Assembly (NCBI GenBank): GCA_051884055.1
Contig: JBJEUX010000025.1
Span: forward strand, 17,250-81,249
DNA length: 64,000 nt
Source: Candidatus Coproplasma sp.
GTDB taxonomy: Bacteria > Bacillota > Clostridia > Christensenellales > Borkfalkiaceae
Direction of reading: 5' to 3'
The notes below the pieces were generated by a model. That model did no database searches, was not told where the DNA came from, and saw only the letters and a list, made by a program, of their open reading frames with translations. Positions 58,799-64,000 of the stretch are shown one piece after another (the stretch's first letter is position 1; every line of letters begins with the position of its first letter). Made by a program: the position numbers and the translations under genes.

Positions 58799-58925
58799 AT
58801 CACTATTTTATCACACGCGCAACGCGCCGCGCAAGAAAAATATTTCTTTGCACAATAATTTTCACATTTTCCGCGCAAGAAAACTTATTTCGGGCGGAAT
58901 TAAGCCGTTCAGAAAAATTTTCAGG

Positions 58926-59053
58926 CGGAATTTTTCTGTTTTTGTGCGGCTCTGCCCGACTTCTTAGACGGAATTTTTCTGTTTGCGTGCACTCTACCCG
59001 ACTTCTTAGACGGAATTTTTCTGTTTGCGTGCGGCTCTGCCCGACTTTGAAGA
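58926..59053 (-). repeat. Three tandem 42-43-bp units, the innermost of which encodes the malQ C-terminus and stop
   Basis: Units start at 58926, 58969 and 59011 (cggaatttttctgttt...cccgacttcttaga). The sense strand reads AAGTCGGGCAGAGCCGCACGCAAACAGAAAAATTCCGTCTAA. Confidence 0.9.
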
Positions 59054-60529
59054 GACTTCGCACAAAAATTCTTTAAGCTCCGCCGAAAAATCGGAGGGTT
59101 TAAAGCGCAGACTCCAGTTTGCGCAAGTTACCGTGGCGGGCAGGTTGAGCCTTGCCTCTTCCCCCATTGCAAGCAAATCCCACAGCGGAACGATAGCAGT
59201 ATTAGCGCAGGATGCAAACGCAAGACGAATTACGCTTTTACAGAGCGCTACGCTGTCCGATAAATCCGCCTCAACCCCCAGCGCCTTTGCCTGCAAGGTC
59301 AAGTCCTCTTTATAAGTTTCAAGCTGACTTTCAGTCAGTTCGTCGATATATCCGCGCAGGGGCATATTGTCGTGCGTGCCCGTATAACACACGAAATTTT
59401 TCGTGTAATTGGTCGGCTTGTGCTCGTTTTCAGGATTTCCGTCAAAGGCGAATTCCAGAATTTTCATTCCGGGATACCCCACGTTTTTCATAAGGCGATA
59501 GACGCCCTCGTCTAAAACGCCCAGATCCTCGGCGACGATTGCGTAGTTTAATTTGTCCTTGAACAGCTCCTCCTTGGGTCCGTCGCTCCAGCGCCCGTTG
59601 CGCGCGGTCTTTTCGCCGAACGGCACCTCGTAGTACCTGTCGAAGCCGCGGAAGTGGTCTATCCTCAGGATATCGACAAGTCGCAGCGCGCCGTCAATTC
59701 TGCCGTTCCACCACTTGTAGCCGTCCTCCTTCATCTTTTCCCAGTCGTAGACGGGATTTCCCCAGAGCTGACCGTCCTCCGTAAAGGCGTCGGGCGGACA
59801 ACCCGCCACGAACGAGGGCTGACGGCGCTTATCCACCTTGAATATTTCGTCGCCGTACTTCCACATCTCCGCGCTGTCGTACGCGATATACAGCGGAACG
59901 TCACCCATTATCTTTACGCCCTTTCCGTTTGCGTAAGATTTGAGCGCCTTCCACTGCTTTAAAAAGACGTACTGCGTGAACTGCCAGAAGGTGAATTCGC
60001 CGTAATTTTCCTCCACAAAGCTCTGCGCGACCCGTTCGTCGTACGTGCGGTAGGGTTCGTCCCATTCGTACCACGCCCTGTGACCGATCCTGCATTTTAA
60101 GGACATAAACAGCGCAAAGTCGGAATACTCCCCCTTCTTGACAAAGCTTTTAAAACTTTTATCACTGCAATTAAATCGGCTGAACGCCGTGCGCAAAAGG
60201 GGAATTTTAGCGTTGAACTGCTTTCCGTAGTCCACCCGCCCGCTGTTCCCCAGATCGGCGGACGCAACCTCTTCGGCGGTAAGAAGTCCGTCTTTTACAA
60301 GACACGCAAGGTCTATAAGATAGTAATTGAGCGCGTTGGAACAGCACGACTGATAGGGGCTGTCGCCAAATCCCGTGGGATTGAGAGGAAGCACCTGCCA
60401 GATTGAAGCTTTACAGTCGCTCAAAAAGTCGATTAAGTTGAACGCGCCTGCGCCCAGAGTGCCTATTCCCTCGTCAGAAGGAAGGCAGGTTATGGGCAAA
60501 AGTACGCCGTAATTTCTCTTATTTTTCAT
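59006..60529 (-). CDS. malQ: 4-alpha-glucanotransferase (amylomaltase, GH77)
   Basis: 507 aa with typical GH77 motifs (LPLNPTGFGDSPY, RIDHFRGF, GDVP, EDLG). Confidence 0.93.
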   Translation of the reverse strand: MKNKRNYGVLLPITCLPSDEGIGTLGAGAFNLIDFLSDCKASIWQVLPLNPTGFGDSPYQSCCSNALNYYLIDLACLVKDGLLTAEEVASADLGNSGRVDYGKQFNAKIPLLRTAFSRFNCSDKSFKSFVKKGEYSDFALFMSLKCRIGHRAWYEWDEPYRTYDERVAQSFVEENYGEFTFWQFTQYVFLKQWKALKSYANGKGVKIMGDVPLYIAYDSAEMWKYGDEIFKVDKRRQPSFVAGCPPDAFTEDGQLWGNPVYDWEKMKEDGYKWWNGRIDGALRLVDILRIDHFRGFDRYYEVPFGEKTARNGRWSDGPKEELFKDKLNYAIVAEDLGVLDEGVYRLMKNVGYPGMKILEFAFDGNPENEHKPTNYTKNFVCYTGTHDNMPLRGYIDELTESQLETYKEDLTLQAKALGVEADLSDSVALCKSVIRLAFASCANTAIVPLWDLLAMGEEARLNLPATVTCANWSLRFKPSDFSAELKEFLCEVSSKSGRAARKQKNSV

Positions 60530-60544
60530 AATCGCATATAAATT

Positions 60545-60569
60545 TACGGGGACGGCAACCGTCCCCGTA
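60545..60569 (-). terminator. Hairpin between pulA and malQ
   Basis: Stem tacggggacgg/ccgtccccgta with a 3-nt loop. The U tract is weak (AAATTTAT). Confidence 0.45.
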
Positions 60570-60580
60570 TTAAATTCTGT

Positions 60581-63277
60581 TTACGCCTTGACGTCAAGCT
60601 TATAGACGTAGCAGCTTACGGGGGTTACGGTCTGTTCACCCGAAAGGTCGCTTAAAATGACCTGATCGCCCGCCGTTTCGCCGTTGATATAGAGGTTCCA
60701 ACTGCCCGAAGGAAGCGTGAACGTGCTTGCGGTGGTCTTTGCATTGTAGACCACGAGTACCTTTTCGCCCGTTTCGGGATTGGTTACGGTGAACGCTACG
60801 AACGCGCCGTCCTTAGCCACGATTTCGCATACGGGATTGTTTTCGGAGTCCACAGCCGAGGTCATGCGCAGCGTTTCGCAGGATTTACGGAAGGCAATCA
60901 GTCCCTTGTAGTACTGCATAACCGCATACTGCGAGGAAGTGCTTGAAAGCGAAGCCCAGTCGAGGTTGTTCACCGAGTCGGGCGAGTTATAGCTGTTTTC
61001 GTTGTAGCTTCCGTCCGCGTTGGTCTTGGTGCGGAGCATCTCTTCGCCCGCCTGCATAAAAGGTATGCCGAGCGAGGTCTGCACGATTGCCGCGGAGAGG
61101 TTGTTCCTCTTGATTCTTAAATCAAGCGTGCTTGCCTCTGTTCCGTGAACCGCGCAGATTCTGTCCCAAAGGGTGTTGTTGTCGTGCGCGGAGGCGTAGT
61201 TGATTACGTTCGTGGGGTTATCGGCAAACCAGCTTACGGACACGCCCGTGCCGTAGAATGCAGGCTTGTTGACCGCGCCCTGAACGCCGAAGAGCACCTT
61301 GCCGAGATAGGAAGCTCTTGCGCCCGTTGCAAAGCCCGTATCTTCGATATCGAATACCGAGCCCTTTATAGCGTCGCGCAGGACGTCGTTGAACATTGCA
61401 ACGCCGTTTACGGGATTGTCTTCGTTGAGCTTTTTAAGATTTGCCAGCGAAGCAGCCTGATTGGAGGTGAGCTCCGACGTGCCGCCCGTCCAGCCTTCGC
61501 CGTAGATCAACGCTTCGGGGTTGACTTCGTGAACGGCCTGTTCAACCGCCTTCATCGTGTCGATATCGTGAATCGCCATAAGGTCGAAGCGGAAGCCGTC
61601 GAGATTGTACTCGCTCTGCCAATACTTAATTGAATCAACAATATACTTGCGGACCATCGAACACTCGGAGGCGGTTTCGTTGCCGCAGCCCGAACCGTTG
61701 GAGGGCACGCCCTTGTAGGTGTATCTGTAATAGTAGTAAGGCACGATCTTGTTCAGGTTGGAATCGAGCGCGTAGGTATGATTGTATACCACGTCCATAA
61801 CCACGCTTATTCCCGCATCGTGCAGAGCCTGAACCATCTGCTTATATTCGTTTACTCTCACCGCGCCGTCGTAGGGGTTGGTCGAATAGCTGCCCTCGGG
61901 AACGTTGTAGTTCTGAGGGTCGTAGCCCCAGTTGAACTGAGTGTTGGAAGCTTCGTCTACCGACGCATAGTCGAAAGAGGGCAACAGATGAACGTGGGTT
62001 ATGCCGAGCTCCTTGAGATAGTCGACGCCTACGGGCAGACCGTTTTCGTTGGTAAGTCCCGTTTCGGTGAACGCAAGATACTTGCCCTTGTACTGCGAAG
62101 ATTCGATCTTGTTCGAGAAGTCGCGTACGTGCACTTCCCAGATCTCCGCGTCGGTGTAGTTTTCTACCGCGGGATTATCGAAGGGAACGTTAGTCCAGCC
62201 TTCGGGGTCGGTCGAATCGAGGTCCAGAATCATACCTCTCTGACCGTTGAGTCCCGCCGAACGCGCGTAGGGGTCAACCGCCTCCTGCACGCCCGACGAA
62301 TTTGAAACAGTGTAGGTATAATATTTGCCGTTGAGGCTTGACGGGTGGTTGTACGTCCACACGCCCTTTTCGCCCCTGGTGAGATTGTAAGTAGCTTCAG
62401 CCGTTCCGCCGTTGCCCGTCGCAAAGATATTCAGCTTTACGGACGACGCCGTGGGCGCCCAGAGACGGAATGTTGTGGAATCCTGAGTAAGCTCCACGCC
62501 GAGCTCGCCGTCGTAGGTGTACAACTCGGCAAATTCAGCGCCGTTCATATACGTCAAGGGAACGACGGTTACAGGGTCGAATCCTTCGGCTTCAAGCGTG
62601 TAAGATTTTGAGATATCAAGGGACTCCGAAAGCGTCACTACGTTGTTGGATACCGAAGAGATTGCAACGCTCTTTCCGTCGCCGTCCTTGACTGTTACCT
62701 TGCCCTGCACGAGGCGGGAGCTTGCATCGCTTAAGTATACCTTGATCTTTGTTAACGTCTGTAAATCCGCAATCGTAATGAATTTCATAATTTCAAGCGT
62801 CTTTCCACCGTCGTCGCTCTTGTAGTTGTTTGCGTCGCCGGCCTTTGTATATATTACGGTATAAACGCCGTCAAGCGTTACGCTTCTGTCGTTATCCGTT
62901 CCGTCTTTAGTTGCCGTTCCCCAGCTTGTGCCGCCGGGATCGGAACAACCGGTTCTTATTATGTAACCGACTTCTTCAACCGTATCGGGAACGTTTACGA
63001 CCACCTTTGCGCCGTAATCGCATTCGTGGAATACGTAACCTCTGCCGTCGGCGCCGTCATACCAAAGCCAGATATCACAGTTCGTATAGCCCGCCGCCCT
63101 GTTATAGTAGATGGTAAGCTGCCTGCAGCCCTCCTCCAGTTCAAGCGTGTACTCGTCGCCAGTACCGCCGCTCGGCGTATCCGGCGTATCGGGTGTTACC
63201 GCCTGTTCACCGCACGCGGCAAATACAAACACGAACGATAAAAGAACGCTCAGTAATGAAATGAATAACTTCTTCAT
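60581..63277 (-). CDS. pulA: Type I pullulanase lipoprotein (GH13 with N-terminal CBM41/CBM48-like domains)
   Basis: 898 aa with lipobox FAAC. Contains the pullulanase motif FNWGYDPQNY and GH13 regions DVVYNH, GFRFDLM, GEGW and YASAHDN. Confidence 0.92.
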   Translation of the reverse strand: MKKLFISLLSVLLSFVFVFAACGEQAVTPDTPDTPSGGTGDEYTLELEEGCRQLTIYYNRAAGYTNCDIWLWYDGADGRGYVFHECDYGAKVVVNVPDTVEEVGYIIRTGCSDPGGTSWGTATKDGTDNDRSVTLDGVYTVIYTKAGDANNYKSDDGGKTLEIMKFITIADLQTLTKIKVYLSDASSRLVQGKVTVKDGDGKSVAISSVSNNVVTLSESLDISKSYTLEAEGFDPVTVVPLTYMNGAEFAELYTYDGELGVELTQDSTTFRLWAPTASSVKLNIFATGNGGTAEATYNLTRGEKGVWTYNHPSSLNGKYYTYTVSNSSGVQEAVDPYARSAGLNGQRGMILDLDSTDPEGWTNVPFDNPAVENYTDAEIWEVHVRDFSNKIESSQYKGKYLAFTETGLTNENGLPVGVDYLKELGITHVHLLPSFDYASVDEASNTQFNWGYDPQNYNVPEGSYSTNPYDGAVRVNEYKQMVQALHDAGISVVMDVVYNHTYALDSNLNKIVPYYYYRYTYKGVPSNGSGCGNETASECSMVRKYIVDSIKYWQSEYNLDGFRFDLMAIHDIDTMKAVEQAVHEVNPEALIYGEGWTGGTSELTSNQAASLANLKKLNEDNPVNGVAMFNDVLRDAIKGSVFDIEDTGFATGARASYLGKVLFGVQGAVNKPAFYGTGVSVSWFADNPTNVINYASAHDNNTLWDRICAVHGTEASTLDLRIKRNNLSAAIVQTSLGIPFMQAGEEMLRTKTNADGSYNENSYNSPDSVNNLDWASLSSTSSQYAVMQYYKGLIAFRKSCETLRMTSAVDSENNPVCEIVAKDGAFVAFTVTNPETGEKVLVVYNAKTTASTFTLPSGSWNLYINGETAGDQVILSDLSGEQTVTPVSCYVYKLDVKA

Positions 63278-63416
63278 TTTTCCCTCCGCTTTTATTTTGC
63301 GCCGTTTATCACAGCAAATTAATTATATCATATATAGGCAATTCGTCAAGACGGATTTTTTTTATCAGTCAAAAATCAGCCCTGCCTGACCCGGCTATAG
63401 TCTTAACTGACTTTCT

Positions 63417-64000
63417 CTACTGCCTTGTTAAAGACAAAAGATACTCCCCGATCTTTGAAAAATCCCCCTCGCTGACAAAATCGGCAAATGCGCTGACGTG
63501 TTCAGGATCGTCTTCGTCGGGGGATATGTCCGTATGAACGTATGCGCATTTCATTCCGAGCGACTTGGGAGTTATTATATCGCAAGCAAAGTCGTTGCCC
63601 GTATAGACCGTATCTTCAGGCCTTAAGTTATATTTTTTTATAAGGTGCAAAAAGAACGCCTTGCTGGGCTTTTTCTTGCCGAAGTCGGACGAAAGCTCTA
63701 TGCCGTCGAAGTACTTAAAAAGACCGAGTTTTTTAATTTCGTTTAGCGTGAAAGACGACTGCGCGTTGGACAAAATATAAAGTCTCGCACCTGAATCCCT
63801 TAACGACTTCAGGGTCTTTTTAACTCCCTTGTAAACCCCTATCCTTTGGGTGGACGCTCTGCGGAAGAGCAGGGCGAAAGACTCAGCCTGTTTATCGGTG
63901 AGATTTACGCCGTTTTTCTTTGCAATATCCTTGATAATTTTTATAAAATCAAGCTCTTCCTCGGGTGCGGCGCCGCCGAAAGCCGCGTCGTATTCAGTCC
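63417..64000 (-). CDS. HAD-superfamily hydrolase, 5'-truncated by the window edge
   Basis: The reading frame stays open upstream of the track's TTG at 63773 out to position 64000 (..RLYILSNAQS.. is motif II; GNDFACD is motif IV). Confidence 0.75.
   Translation of the reverse strand, partial: TEYDAAFGGAAPEEELDFIKIIKDIAKKNGVNLTDKQAESFALLFRRASTQRIGVYKGVKKTLKSLRDSGARLYILSNAQSSFTLNEIKKLGLFKYFDGIELSSDFGKKKPSKAFFLHLIKKYNLRPEDTVYTGNDFACDIITPKSLGMKCAYVHTDISPDEDDPEHVSAFADFVSEGDFSKIGEYLLSLTRQ

Noticed and set aside
58738-59076. ORFs 58738-59076(+) and 58803-59063(-) with internally repeated peptides
   Set aside because: Their repetitive translations are a direct consequence of the 42-43-bp tandem DNA repeats downstream of malQ. 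They have no RBS and no coding-like composition.

Overview
Gene-dense 64-kb chromosomal segment, mostly minus-strand, from an endospore-forming Firmicute. It looks Clostridia-like: sigH, spoIIAA-spoIIAB-sigF, cwlD and a SCIFF cassette are present. Left half (1-37 kb) is conserved housekeeping: recR-ybaB-dnaX abutting sigH-rlmB-mrnC, cwlD, pnp-rpsO, hemZ-MBL-relA-recJ, secFD, scfB/scfA, a small membrane protein, yajC-tgt-queA-ruvBAC, argH, an aminotransferase, a CarD-like gene and the spoIIA operon. A 2222-aa BspA-type leucine-rich-repeat (LRR) lipoprotein gene with its own promoter sits between hemZ and rpsO. Right half (37-64 kb) holds a small redox gene triad, tmRNA, an AT-rich orphan gene and a Leloir operon (galE-acetyltransferase-galT-galK). 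It also holds a glycan-utilisation region: a GH13 amylase, a MalEFG-type ABC transporter plus MsmX, GH53 galactanase, GH42 beta-galactosidase, two unknown membrane proteins, malQ, pullulanase and a partial HAD hydrolase. Two genes are absent from the ORF track: a 52-aa six-cysteine SCIFF precursor (25987-26145) and tmRNA (39754-40140). I saw no rRNA, tRNA, IS element, integrase, CRISPR-cas or recognisable defence genes. The most unusual sequence-level signal is that short tandem duplications recur immediately downstream of genes; in at least five loci they copy the last codons plus the stop codon. I did not find a convincing complete novel multi-gene system. The best leads are the SCIFF cassette (known family, unknown role), the hierarchically repetitive LRR gene, the tmRNA-adjacent orphan gene, the leaderless-looking membrane-protein pair after malQ, and the stop-region echoes. 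All family calls come from motif and synteny recognition by eye. No searches or folding programs were run, so promoter, terminator and ncRNA calls are unverified predictions.
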